Source: Candidatus Falkowbacteria bacterium RIFOXYA2_FULL_47_19
Lineage (GTDB): Bacteria; Patescibacteriota; Patescibacteriia; Patescibacteriales; UBA12075
Assembly: GCA_001780275.1 (NCBI GenBank)
Contig: MFGB01000007.1
Coordinates: forward strand, 2,280 to 66,279
Length of the DNA: 64,000 nt
Reading direction: 5' to 3'
The notes below the pieces were generated by a model, which worked only from the letters and a program-made list of their open reading frames with translations, searched no databases and was not told the origin of the DNA. Within the stretch, counting starts at the first letter, position 1. Each line of letters begins with the position of its first letter. Below are positions 8,921 through 18,293 of this stretch, piece after piece. The position numbers and the translations under genes are program-made.

Positions 8921-9988
8921 ATGTACGACGATATAAAAAAACAATTCAAGGAACTGGAAGATCAATTATCCGACCCAGCCATAACCCGGGATATAAAAAA
9001 ACTTACAGAGATAAGCCGTCGGCACTCCGAACTTAAAGATGTTTACGGCCTGGTTTTGGAATTGGAAAAAACCGAAAACAATATCGTCCAAAATAAGGAG
9101 ATGATCAAAAACGAGACCGATGAAGAGATCAAAAATATGGCCAGGGAGGAACTCGCTGGACTGGAAAAAAAATATGATGAGTTAAGGCTCGACCTGGAAA
9201 AGGAGCTCAACCCGGACGACCCCCGGGACAAAAAAAACGTGATCATAGAGATCCGGGCCGGCACCGGTGGGGACGAGTCGGCTTTGTTCGCGGCCGAACT
9301 TTTCCGGATGTACTCCCGTTACGCCGAGAATAAAAGCTGGAAAATCAATATTCTCCACTCCAGTCGTATCGGGCTCGGGGGATTTAAGGAGGTGGTTTTT
9401 GAAATTAAAGGCAAAAACGCTTTCAGTACTCTTAAATTCGAAGCTGGCACGCACCGCGTCCAACGTGTGCCGGAAACCGAAAAAGCCGGCCGTGTCCACA
9501 CCTCGGCCGTAACCGTAGCGGTCCTTCCCGAAGCGGAGGAGCTTGACCTGGAAATCAAACTGGAAGACCTGCGCATAGATACTTACGCCGCTTCCGGACC
9601 GGGCGGGCAGAAGGTCAACACCACCAACTCGGCTATCCGCATAACCCATCTGCCGACCGGACTGGTCGTGCAATGCCAGGACCAAAAGGATCAGCACCAG
9701 AACAAGGAAAAAGCCATGCAAATCTTAAGGTCGCGCCTGGTCCAGAAACTGGAAGATGACCAGCGGGCCAAAGAAGCCGCTGACCGGAAACAGCAAATCG
9801 GGAGCGGCGACCGTTCGGAAAAGATCCGCACCTATAACTACCCCCAGGACCGCATTACCGATCACCGCATAAAGCAGAACTGGAGCAATATGAACGCGAT
9901 CTTAAACGGCGATCTCGATAATATCATAGACGCGCTCAAAGAAGCGCAAAGCGCCCTTAATAATCCGGCCATGAAAAAACCAGCCTGA
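8921..9988 (+). CDS. prfA: peptide chain release factor 1
   Basis: GGQ motif ([23 protein letters not shown]). RF1-type PxT tripeptide present as PET ([17 protein letters not shown]). Confidence 0.95.
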   Translation: MYDDIKKQFKELEDQLSDPAITRDIKKLTEISRRHSELKDVYGLVLELEKTENNIVQNKEMIKNETDEEIKNMAREELAGLEKKYDELRLDLEKELNPDDPRDKKNVIIEIRAGTGGDESALFAAELFRMYSRYAENKSWKINILHSSRIGLGGFKEVVFEIKGKNAFSTLKFEAGTHRVQRVPETEKAGRVHTSAVTVAVLPEAEELDLEIKLEDLRIDTYAASGPGGQKVNTTNSAIRITHLPTGLVVQCQDQKDQHQNKEKAMQILRSRLVQKLEDDQRAKEAADRKQQIGSGDRSEKIRTYNYPQDRITDHRIKQNWSNMNAILNGDLDNIIDALKEAQSALNNPAMKKPA

Positions 9989-10003
9989 TGGCTGGCTTGT
10001 TTT
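9975..10003. terminator. terminator overlapping the prfA stop codon
   Basis: AAAAACCAGCC-TGAT-GGCTGGCTTGTTTT. The TGA stop sits in the loop. Confidence 0.7.
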
Positions 10004-10019
10004 ACGCTAATGTCGTCAG

Positions 10020-10166
10020 CTATTTTTCATTTCCCATCCGAAAAGGTTTGTTGTCACACATAGCGTTCACGATTTCGTATTCTTTTTCCATTTTTTTATA
10101 CCCACGTTTATGCAGAATAAAGAGCGTGATTACCGGCGAAAAAACACTCAGTACAAGCAATGCCAT
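10020..10166 (-). CDS. 48-aa small membrane protein (hypothetical)
   Basis: Own translation: MALLVLSVFSPVITLFILHKRGYKKMEKEYEIVNAMCDNKPFRMGNEK. Strong RBS GAGGAGGA 6 nt upstream of the ATG. The plus-strand ORF 9988..10212 is rejected in its favour. Confidence 0.4.
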   Translation of the reverse strand: MALLVLSVFSPVITLFILHKRGYKKMEKEYEIVNAMCDNKPFRMGNEK

Positions 10167-10247
10167 GCTATCCTCCTCAATATTCAAGGTTGACCTTTTA
10201 AGACCAATTTAAAATTATTAAAAATATAGCATAAATATATAACGAAA

Positions 10248-11162
10248 ATAACAATTCGTCAAGCCTTAAACATAAACACTGTCGCTCTCCTTGGTAGTAG
10301 TCGGGAATACCCGCATCTGGACGCCGAACTCCTCCTGGCCGCGGTTTTAAAAAAACCGCGGGAATTTTTATTTACGCATCCCGAACGCAAACTAACCCCT
10401 AATCAAGCAAAAAAATTCGAAATGCTCATAAAAAAACGCTTGTCCGGCCTGCCGGTCGCTTATCTTATCGGACATAAATCTTTTTACGGCCTGGACTTTA
10501 TCGTCAATAAAAATACCCTAGTCCCCCGCCCCGAAACGGAAATGATGGTAGATCTCACTACACGTTACTCGCAACTCATAACTCGTAACGAACAAATGCT
10601 TATGGTTGATGTTGGTACCGGGTCGGGATGCATTATAATCTCTTTAGCAAAACAAATATTATCCCGATTCCCAACTCCCGATTTCATAGCCACCGACATT
10701 TCCCCCGAAGCCCTGGCGGTCGCCCGCAAGAACGCCAAACAACACGGCGTTAATAAACAAATAAAATTTCTCCGGGGTAATTTATTGCTTCCGGTCTTAA
10801 GCGATAAAAATTTCCAATCAAAAATCAAAAATCAAAAACCGAAAATCATAATTACCGCCAATCTCCCCTACCTGACCCCGACCCAGATAAAAAATTCCCC
10901 CTCTATCAAACATGAGCCGAAAATAGCTTTGTCGGCCGGCCCGGACGGCCTAAAATATTACCGCCAGCTATTTATGCAAATCCGTCAAATGTTAAATGTT
11001 AAATATCAAATGTCTATTTTTTGCGAAATAGATCCGTCTCAATCGGCCAAAATAAAACAGCTCGCCAAACGCGAACTGCCTAAGCATAAATTCGAAATAA
11101 AAAAAGATTTAGCCGGTTATGACAGGTTGGCGGTAATAAAAATAAATTATAACTCGATTTAA
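10248..11162 (+). CDS. prmC: release-factor glutamine N5-methyltransferase (HemK/PrmC); start codon uncertain and non-canonical
   Basis: SAM motif VDVGTGSGCIIISLA. Catalytic tetrapeptide present as NLPY instead of NPPY. The in-frame region upstream of the track's ATG (10422) encodes the HemK N-domain (TIRQALNINTVALLGSSREYPHLDAELLLAAVLKKPREFLFTHPE...) but has no ATG/GTG/TTG back to the stop at 10227. Confidence 0.8.
   Translation: MTIRQALNINTVALLGSSREYPHLDAELLLAAVLKKPREFLFTHPERKLTPNQAKKFEMLIKKRLSGLPVAYLIGHKSFYGLDFIVNKNTLVPRPETEMMVDLTTRYSQLITRNEQMLMVDVGTGSGCIIISLAKQILSRFPTPDFIATDISPEALAVARKNAKQHGVNKQIKFLRGNLLLPVLSDKNFQSKIKNQKPKIIITANLPYLTPTQIKNSPSIKHEPKIALSAGPDGLKYYRQLFMQIRQMLNVKYQMSIFCEIDPSQSAKIKQLAKRELPKHKFEIKKDLAGYDRLAVIKINYNSI
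10814..10848. repeat. heptamer-periodic tract (AAAATCA-like, 5 units) inside prmC
   Basis: CCAATCA AAAATCA AAAATCA AAAACCG AAAATCA, encoding FQSKIKNQKPKI. Confidence 0.9.
10984..11011. repeat. heptamer-periodic tract (GTNAAAT, 4 units) inside prmC
   Basis: GTCAAAT GTTAAAT GTTAAAT ATCAAAT, encoding RQMLNVKYQM. Confidence 0.9.
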
Positions 11163-11177
11163 TAGCACAAACCGCCC

Positions 11178-12353
11178 TCACTCACCGTCCGTCTGTTCCG
11201 GCAGACCCACCTCGATTATACCCGGCCGCACTACTTCCACCCAGGTCGTACCGGCGTTAAATACCGCTTCATTGCCGTTTTCATCATAGAATCGCGTCCG
11301 TTCGGACGCTTCTTTTTTTTGCCAGGTGCTCTTCCGGCAAAATCCGTCGAAACATAGAACCGCCTCGCCCTCCCCGATGTCGTCCATTGACAGCCGCAAT
11401 TCATTGTCGATAACCCGCGCTTTGACGTACTGGATGACGATATTTTTCGCTTTGATGCCGTCGCCGGACTTATCGATATGGGCCGCTCCCCCCAAATAAC
11501 GGATATAGCTGTTGTCGGTACGGTCATATTTCCATCTGACTCTGTAGCTCGGGATCAGGAATTTAATATCGATATCTCCGCCGTCCGGACCGCGGTCGGC
11601 CTCCCCGGCTTCGTCTTTGAACTGCCAGGAAGAAAACCCGCCTTCCGCCCAGGATCTGGCGGTGGTGTATTCGGCCAATTTCGAGCTTGAGGTATAAACG
11701 TTATGCGGAGCGCGCCGGTTCCAGTCGCGCCAGAAAAAATTTCCGTTATAAAATTCGTTAAAATCGCGCACCTTATCCCTTTTTATGTTGACAAGCGCTT
11801 CGGGACTGCCTCCGACATGCACGTATAAAGCCGATAATTCCAATACCCAATCGACAAAATAAGCGCGCGCGCTCCTGACCGGCCCGATTTCATCTATTTC
11901 CTCATTGCCGGCGAATACGGCCATATAACGCGTAGCGCTTCCCTCTACCTCGGCTTCATACACTACATTCGCCCGGCTTAAACCCGAGTGGGGGCGCGCG
12001 TAGATGTTGTTGTCTATCATGACGGCCGCGGGAAACCTGTTCTCTTCGCCCGGTTTGACGTAAACGCCGTCAATAGCGCGCCGCACCAGGTCGGTATGAG
12101 GCGTTTCGTCCGCTTCCGGCGTCTCCTGGCCGGCCATTTGGACGGAGAGGGCGACAAGGTCCGCGGACGGTTCCGCCGCCTCCTTTTTCGCGCCGAACGG
12201 ATGGCCGTGGGCGATCATGTTATATACGACAAATCCCAGCCCGGCGGACAGCATAAAAAATACGATTATTACACTGGCGTAGATATGAATTTTTTTCTTT
12301 ATCATCCGTTCGTAAAAATTTTCGCCGCCAATTTTTTTTTCCGAATTATCCAT
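11178..12353 (-). CDS. DUF3048 (YerB-like) domain protein, membrane-anchored
   Basis: N-terminal TM (IYASVIIVFFMLSAGLGFVVY) and YerB-like core (PAAVMIDNNIYARPHSGLSRANVVYEAEVEGSATRYMAVF...GPVRSARAYF). The start is moved to the ATG at 12353 because the longer ORF overlaps rplY out of frame. Confidence 0.75.
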   Translation of the reverse strand: MDNSEKKIGGENFYERMIKKKIHIYASVIIVFFMLSAGLGFVVYNMIAHGHPFGAKKEAAEPSADLVALSVQMAGQETPEADETPHTDLVRRAIDGVYVKPGEENRFPAAVMIDNNIYARPHSGLSRANVVYEAEVEGSATRYMAVFAGNEEIDEIGPVRSARAYFVDWVLELSALYVHVGGSPEALVNIKRDKVRDFNEFYNGNFFWRDWNRRAPHNVYTSSSKLAEYTTARSWAEGGFSSWQFKDEAGEADRGPDGGDIDIKFLIPSYRVRWKYDRTDNSYIRYLGGAAHIDKSGDGIKAKNIVIQYVKARVIDNELRLSMDDIGEGEAVLCFDGFCRKSTWQKKEASERTRFYDENGNEAVFNAGTTWVEVVRPGIIEVGLPEQTDGE

Positions 12354-12396
12354 AGTAAACTCGCGCAAAATACCGATACTACTTTCTGATTTCCGG

Positions 12397-13050
12397 TTAT
12401 TTTTTCTCTTCTTTATTTTCCTGGTCTTTGCCCGCCTTAGACTCTTCGCCCTTCTTCTCATCCGTTTCCACTTCCGTCGGTTTTTCCGGTTCTTCGACCT
12501 GAGGCATGACCACGCTGGCGACAACGCCATCCAGGTTGCTTAGTATTTCGATGCCAGCCGGCAACTTAAGATCCCTGACGTTGATGCTGTCCTCGTAGGT
12601 ATTTAAAACCGACAGGTCCACGTCGAACGATTCCACCAAATCCCCCGGCAAACATCTAACCTCGATCGCGTCCAGGTTGGTCACTAGGGTACCGCCCAAT
12701 TCCTTAACCGCCTTGGCCTCTCCCGTAAAACGCAAGGGGAGCGTAACGTCGATCGGCTTTTTCATGTTTACGACGTAAAAATCAATATGGGTTATATTGT
12801 TTCGCAAAGGATCCTTTTGCGTATCCTTGATGATGACCTTTAACGCTTCCCCGTTATCGATCTTAAGATCGATGAGGGATGTTTCTCCCAGGCGGGCATA
12901 TATTTTTTCCAACTGGACCTTCTTTATCCCGATATTCTTGTTTTCCGAACCCGACCCGTAAACCACGGCCGGAACAAAACCTTCGGATCTTAGTTTTGTG
13001 GCGCTACCCTCTCCTCTTGTTTGCGCGTCTAATTTTATGTCTTTTCCCAT
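12397..13050 (-). CDS. rplY: 50S ribosomal protein L25/Ctc
   Basis: LRSEGFVPAVVYG motif, two-domain Ctc form, acidic/lysine-rich tail. Confidence 0.9.
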   Translation of the reverse strand: MGKDIKLDAQTRGEGSATKLRSEGFVPAVVYGSGSENKNIGIKKVQLEKIYARLGETSLIDLKIDNGEALKVIIKDTQKDPLRNNITHIDFYVVNMKKPIDVTLPLRFTGEAKAVKELGGTLVTNLDAIEVRCLPGDLVESFDVDLSVLNTYEDSINVRDLKLPAGIEILSNLDGVVASVVMPQVEEPEKPTEVETDEKKGEESKAGKDQENKEEKK

Positions 13051-13086
13051 AAATTTAGAAATTAGTAGAATTAAATTAAAAATGAA

Positions 13087-14187
13087 TTAATATTTTATTT
13101 TCGATCTTATTATAATACCCTCGGCAATTCCGACCATCATCAGGCTGGCGATAATAGCGCTTCCGCCGTAACTCACAAAAGGCAAAGATATCCCTACCAC
13201 GGGAACTATTCCTATATTCATTCCAATATTAATAAACATTTCAATAAAAATCAAGACTATGATGCCCAGAAGCACGTATATGCCGAAATCATTATTAACC
13301 CTCTTAATATTCGATATGATCCGATAAAAAAACGCGGAATATAAGAAGATTACCAGGCATACGCCTAAAAAGCCTAATTCTTCGGCAATTACGGCAAAAA
13401 TAAAGTCATTTTGGGCTTCGGGCAGGAATTTTAATTGTGACTGCGAGCCGAAACCGATACCGCGGCCCATGACGCGCCCGGAACCGACCGCTATGGTAGC
13501 CTGAATGATGTTATAATCTTCGTCAAGAGAGTCTTTTCCCGGATTAACGAAGGTCAAAATGCGTTGTTTTTGGTAAGGCTCAAAGAAAAATACCCAACCG
13601 GCACCTAAAGAAAGCGTCAAAATCAGGCATATGGCTATTATATGTTTCTTCCTGAATCCGGCCAGTGTGATCATCGCGAGCCATAATAAAAAAAGGATCG
13701 CCGCCGAACCGAAATCCGGCTGCTTTAAAATCAGGACAATTAAGACTAAGGACCCGAGACCGGATAGGAGAAGGTGTTTTACGGGACTGATTTTTATGGA
13801 AACGCCGGAAAAATAACGCGCTAAAAATATAATAAGAATTAGCTTGGCAAATTCAGCCGGTTGCAGGGTAAGGCCCATAAACTCAAACCATCCGGTTGTC
13901 CCTCTGATGGTTTTTCCGAAGAGCAAAACGCCAAAAAGCATCAATACACCCGCCGCGTAAAGATAGATGCTGAAGCTGCGCAAATTATAGTAATCAATAA
14001 AAGATAGCATGAACATCGCCGCCAGGCCGATCCCTACGAAAAAAATCTGCTTTTTAAACTGCAACAAATCGGGGTTGCTTTGGCCCAAGGCGATCGAATA
14101 TATCTCCACCAAGCCGAAACAGGCGAGCAAAACGATCGCGGCCAGCAATATCCAATCAAAATTTTTCAAATATGTTGAAACTTGCAT
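13087..14187 (-). CDS. SEDS-family peptidoglycan polymerase (RodA/FtsW)
   Basis: About 10 TM segments with the motif LKFLPEAQNDFIFAVIAEELGFLG. Confidence 0.85.
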   Translation of the reverse strand: MQVSTYLKNFDWILLAAIVLLACFGLVEIYSIALGQSNPDLLQFKKQIFFVGIGLAAMFMLSFIDYYNLRSFSIYLYAAGVLMLFGVLLFGKTIRGTTGWFEFMGLTLQPAEFAKLILIIFLARYFSGVSIKISPVKHLLLSGLGSLVLIVLILKQPDFGSAAILFLLWLAMITLAGFRKKHIIAICLILTLSLGAGWVFFFEPYQKQRILTFVNPGKDSLDEDYNIIQATIAVGSGRVMGRGIGFGSQSQLKFLPEAQNDFIFAVIAEELGFLGVCLVIFLYSAFFYRIISNIKRVNNDFGIYVLLGIIVLIFIEMFINIGMNIGIVPVVGISLPFVSYGGSAIIASLMMVGIAEGIIIRSKIKY

Positions 14188-14292
14188 CTTTTTATCTTAA
14201 TAGCTTAGCGGAACGCGGAAAATCAATCTTTAAAAATAAAAAATAGGTAAAATAAAAAGCTCTCCAGACGGCTCATTGTTCACTGACGCTTG

Positions 14293-15447
14293 CTATAATT
14301 CAGCCGCCCGAAGAGCGGGATCGGAGCCTTCGAATTTAACATATATATCATCGCTGGTAATATCTATATCAGGCACGATAACTATATTACTGACGGACGG
14401 AAACAGGCCCGGCCAAGTAACGCTCGTATTCCTGGCGTCACCGGACATAAAATTATTCAATACGTATTTAGAAACCCCCAAAATCCGGCCGTTATTGAAT
14501 AAGAGGATATTCATGTTAAGCTGGCGGTAATTAAAGGGGGTATTGTTGGTTACACTGAACAAAAGGTCGTTAAGATTCAACTTTTCGGTTAGGATGGTCG
14601 ACTGGGCGGTAACGAATTTTATGTTATTAACGTCGATATCCAGGTGATCATCGCGATAAGCTTCCCAATCGGGGAATTCATGGGGATCTACCCGCGTCCA
14701 ATCAAGCCGGCTGACCCTAAAAACGACCCCCTTCGCTTCCATCAGCTCTTTATTCAATACCAATAGATATTTGGTTTCTCCGGGCAATATAAAACCGCTC
14801 CCGCTTCCCGATATTTTATTTCCGGCCTCGAAATGATAATCGAAATTCGCCCAGTACCTTTGGTTGATATTTTTGAGCTCGACCACAAAATCGTATTTGC
14901 CCTCCCCCAAAGAAATTATCTCTACCGGTTTATAGATCAGGTCTTGCGGCGATCGGGCCGTAAAATAATCATGCCCGACCATGCTCGTATTTATGACGCC
15001 GAGAGCGGTCTCCTTGTCTTGCCGCATGCCCAGGACCGTATAATGGCCGAAAGAATAAAAAAATCTTCCCCAGGTAATGACGCAGACGGAAATCAAAAAA
15101 ACACGCCAGACATTGATCATGTGCCGGCGATGTTTGACCAGCCACAACCCTATTTCCATCTTCTCGATCGTCAGTCCTTCCGGATCTTTATATTGCCTGA
15201 TATCGATTTTTTTGCGTCCAGCCCCGCTTTCCTGGTCGTTATTGCCGTTATTATTTCGACTCGCCGCCTGTTCTTCTAGCGTTTCCCTGATGGCCGCGCT
15301 GGCCTCTTCCAGGTCCTGGCCGTGTCTTGGGTGGCCAAAAGACTGGATACCCGAGGCATCGCTTAATTCTTCACGCTCTTCGCGCTCTATTCCGGTAGTG
15401 TTTATATACCTTTTCGTCTGCGCTTTATTTTTCAGTAAATCGATCAT
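14293..15447 (-). CDS. hypothetical membrane-anchored protein
   Basis: 384-aa ORF with an acidic/Asn-rich N-terminus, a TM around VFLISVCVITWGRFFYSF, and an extracytoplasmic C-terminal domain. Confidence 0.5.
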   Translation of the reverse strand: MIDLLKNKAQTKRYINTTGIEREEREELSDASGIQSFGHPRHGQDLEEASAAIRETLEEQAASRNNNGNNDQESGAGRKKIDIRQYKDPEGLTIEKMEIGLWLVKHRRHMINVWRVFLISVCVITWGRFFYSFGHYTVLGMRQDKETALGVINTSMVGHDYFTARSPQDLIYKPVEIISLGEGKYDFVVELKNINQRYWANFDYHFEAGNKISGSGSGFILPGETKYLLVLNKELMEAKGVVFRVSRLDWTRVDPHEFPDWEAYRDDHLDIDVNNIKFVTAQSTILTEKLNLNDLLFSVTNNTPFNYRQLNMNILLFNNGRILGVSKYVLNNFMSGDARNTSVTWPGLFPSVSNIVIVPDIDITSDDIYVKFEGSDPALRAAEL

Positions 15448-15636
15448 TGACTATTTATTTAGATCTATCTTTACTAATTTTAACACAATCTACCGCAAAT
15501 AGGCAAATAACCACAAAACAGAAAAGCAACCTAAAACTTATTATTTTAATAAATAATTATAAAGATTCTAACTTTAAATTAATCATTCAATATTATAATT
15601 TTCATAAATTAAGTATTATAAATTTATAAAAATCGT

Positions 15637-16734
15637 ATGTCGAAAATAACAGGCAATAAAATTAAAAATCTTGAACATCAGATTAAAACAGCTGCCGCGG
15701 GTCCGCGAGCGCTAGTTGATGGAGGAGCCGGATTTATCGGTTCGAATCTATGCGGGCATCTTCTAGCGCAAGGATATGAAGTTTTTGCCGTTGACAATCT
15801 GATAACGGGTAAAATAAAGAATATCTCCCGCTATTCCCATGATCAAAGATTTCATTTCATCGAGATGGATATCAATGATTCTGAGTTTCCGGAAACATTC
15901 CGGAATATCAAAATAAACGAGATTTATCATCTGGCCTGCCCCACGGGCGTTCCTAACATAAAAAAACTGGGCGAGGAAATGATCAATACCTGTTCCCGGG
16001 GTACGTTCAATGTCATGTCCTTGGCGCGCGCCCATGGAGCCGGGGTGGTATATTCCAGCTCGGCCGAAGTATACGGGCAACCGGAAGAAACGCCCCAAAG
16101 CGAACACTATACCGGCAACGTCAACCCGATCGGTCCCAGAAGCGCCTACGAAGAAGGAAAAAGATTCGCTGAAAGCATTATTAAAATGTACGCGGACAAA
16201 TACGGATTGAACGCGAAGATCGTCCGCATTTTCAATACTTACGGACCCGGCATGTCCCTTTCCGACCAACGGGTAATGCCGCAATTCCTGCAGAGCATCA
16301 TCCGAGGCAAAAAATTGACGATTTTCGGAGATGGCTCCCAAACCAGAACATTCCTGTACGTAAGCGATCTCTTGTCCGGCCTGGAGCTAGTCATGAAAAA
16401 CGGAAAACCAGGAGAGGCTTACAATATCGGAGGCGATAACCAGATAACCATCAAAGAGCTGGCGGAACTAATGAAAAAACTGACGGGATACCGACTTGAG
16501 GTAGAATTCGTTCCGCACTTCATCGAAGACCACAACCATCGCCAGCCAGCCGTGTCCAAAGCAGAACTTTTAGGCTGGCGCCAAACCGTTTCTCTGGAAG
16601 AGGGTCTAAAAAGGATGATAATCGCCAATGGCGTGAAATTAGCCCGGCCGATCGCCATTAGATCCGTAGCTAAGGATAAATTTACGATCAAAGAGTCCCT
16701 CTCAACGGAACCGATGCTTGGAGCCGGATTGTAA
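15637..16734 (+). CDS. NAD-dependent sugar-nucleotide epimerase/dehydratase (UDP-glucuronate decarboxylase-like)
   Basis: Rossmann motif GGAGFIGSNL and catalytic YEEGKRFAE (YxxxK), similar to the UXS motif YDEGKRVAE. Confidence 0.8.
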   Translation: MSKITGNKIKNLEHQIKTAAAGPRALVDGGAGFIGSNLCGHLLAQGYEVFAVDNLITGKIKNISRYSHDQRFHFIEMDINDSEFPETFRNIKINEIYHLACPTGVPNIKKLGEEMINTCSRGTFNVMSLARAHGAGVVYSSSAEVYGQPEETPQSEHYTGNVNPIGPRSAYEEGKRFAESIIKMYADKYGLNAKIVRIFNTYGPGMSLSDQRVMPQFLQSIIRGKKLTIFGDGSQTRTFLYVSDLLSGLELVMKNGKPGEAYNIGGDNQITIKELAELMKKLTGYRLEVEFVPHFIEDHNHRQPAVSKAELLGWRQTVSLEEGLKRMIIANGVKLARPIAIRSVAKDKFTIKESLSTEPMLGAGL

Positions 16735-16917
16735 GCGGCGTCTTCCTTAAATAGCCTCCCGCCAATAAACAACGTTTAACGGCGCTAAAGCCGGCAATAT
16801 CGCTCGTATCGATACCGATAAACTCCTTCGGGCAATAGCCGCTGGATCCTCCTAACCGGTTTTTTTAAGATTATCTCGGTCATACATAACCGTAAAATCT
16901 TAAAGAACCTCTTTTAT

Positions 16918-18207
16918 ATGGAATTAATAGTTTCCTTTATCCTGCTGATCGGCTTCAATCTGACCGCTTGGACCATCATTGGTCTCATCAGATTTTTTTT
17001 GGAAAAATTAAAGATCGAAAAAACCCCTCGAACAATGATCGCGCCCGATTTTCTTGCTCTTATGGAAAATCGGGCTTTTGAAGCCGGCGGGATAACAGCA
17101 GACGATGTCGCCGCTATTATTCCGGCGCACAATGAAGCCAAAACTATCGCTAAAACCGTAAATTCGTTAAAGCGTATCCTGCCGGCAAGTCATATCTATG
17201 TCGCTAACGACGCCTCCGTCGATCGAACGTCGGATATAGCCAAACGGCTTAACTGCCAGGTATTCGACGCTTATCCGAATATGGGCAAAGCCAACGTGAT
17301 TGTGCATACTATTAAACTGCTCAGATTGACCAGGTATTACAAAGCGATTATGATCATTGACGCCGATTCCGAGGTCAACGAAGAATATCTGCGGAAAGCT
17401 CTGCCGTTTTTCGATGACCCGAATGTGGTGGCCGTCGCTCCTCACGCGGAAACAAAATGGGACCGGCATCATCCGCTCGACTGGTCGCTTTTATTTACTG
17501 CCTATCGCGTACGGGTCTACCGGATACTGCAGGCGGTTCTGCGGTACGGCCAGACCTGGACATACACCAATGTAACCATGATCATCCCCGGTTTCGCCTG
17601 TCTGTATCGTTCGACAGCCATCGAAAAAATAAACATAAATCCCGCCGGACTGGTAATTGAAGATTATAACATGACCTTCGAGGTGCACCATAAAAAACTG
17701 GGCAAGATCGCTTATAGTCCGCAGATCAAGGGTTTTACCCAGGACCCGGGAAATTTAAGGGATTATTATAAGCAAGTAAAACGCTGGAATCTGGGTTTTT
17801 GGCAAACCTGGAGGCGGCATCGTATCTGGCCAAGCCTGTTCTCGCTGACTACGCTGCTTTACGCGGGAGAAGTATTAATATCCTCTTTTTTATTCCTGCT
17901 TTCCCCGATTTTGCTGGGTTGGTTCGCGCTAAATTCATTTTTGCCTTTTTACCTGCCCTTTAAAATTCCATTCATGGATGCAACGCAAATAAATTTTCTT
18001 GACATGATGGCGAGTTTATTCCTGATCGATTACTTACTTACGGTCATAACCGCTTGGTATGAAAAAAAACCGGTACTCCTGCTCTATGGGCCGGCATTTT
18101 TTATATTGCGCTATCTGGACGCCTTCGTTCTTCTCTATACTCTGCCTCTGGCCTTTATAATAAGATCGGACGGCCGCTGGAAAAGCCCGACGAGAAGTCC
18201 GGCGTAA
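16918..18207 (+). CDS. membrane-integrated family-2 glycosyltransferase (processive beta-glycan synthase-like)
   Basis: N-terminal TM, IIPAHNE, DASVDRT, DxD (IIDADS), QxxRW (QVKRW), and 4 or more C-terminal TM helices. Confidence 0.8.
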   Translation: MELIVSFILLIGFNLTAWTIIGLIRFFLEKLKIEKTPRTMIAPDFLALMENRAFEAGGITADDVAAIIPAHNEAKTIAKTVNSLKRILPASHIYVANDASVDRTSDIAKRLNCQVFDAYPNMGKANVIVHTIKLLRLTRYYKAIMIIDADSEVNEEYLRKALPFFDDPNVVAVAPHAETKWDRHHPLDWSLLFTAYRVRVYRILQAVLRYGQTWTYTNVTMIIPGFACLYRSTAIEKININPAGLVIEDYNMTFEVHHKKLGKIAYSPQIKGFTQDPGNLRDYYKQVKRWNLGFWQTWRRHRIWPSLFSLTTLLYAGEVLISSFLFLLSPILLGWFALNSFLPFYLPFKIPFMDATQINFLDMMASLFLIDYLLTVITAWYEKKPVLLLYGPAFFILRYLDAFVLLYTLPLAFIIRSDGRWKSPTRSPA

Positions 18208-18257
18208 GTATCAGAAAGCCGCAAACCTCATATCTTATGAATCCATGTTGCGCATAA

Positions 18258-18289
18258 CAAAAACGGTCCTTAACGGACCGTTTTGTTTT
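18258..18289. terminator. bidirectional terminator between convergent genes
   Basis: AAAAACGGTCC-ttaac-GGACCGTTTTGTTTT. Confidence 0.75.
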
Positions 18290-18293
18290 AATA

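Noticed and set aside
9182-9721. Long antisense ORFs inside well-supported genes. Examples: 9182..9721 in prfA; 24023..24490 in gyrB; 28654..29227 in radC; 32179..32977 in the ABC exporter; 59773..60312 and 60655..61452 in the surface-protein genes.
   Set aside because: Each lies entirely within a gene with clear family motifs on the other strand. Their translations are low-complexity (R/G/P/S-rich) and lack RBSs. This is typical shadow-ORF behaviour.
8921-9988. Alternative genetic code (UGA recoded, as in some CPR lineages).
   Set aside because: prfA, hydA, mnmA and other genes end at TGA at the position expected from homologues. No conserved gene needs read-through. Code 11 fits.
9988-10212. 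Plus-strand 74-aa ORF after prfA.
   Set aside because: It starts inside the prfA terminator and has no RBS. The opposite strand has a 48-aa ORF with a strong GAGGAGGA RBS that explains the region better.
12354-12530. Longer N-terminal extensions offered by the ORF track: 11178..12530, 33977..34408, 43620..44777, 21194..22153, 46087..47139, 39960..40436, 34438..35253.
   Set aside because: The extensions overlap rplY or the tRNA-Ala gene, or consist of implausible peptides. Internal ATGs have good AGGAGG-type RBSs and match family N-termini.
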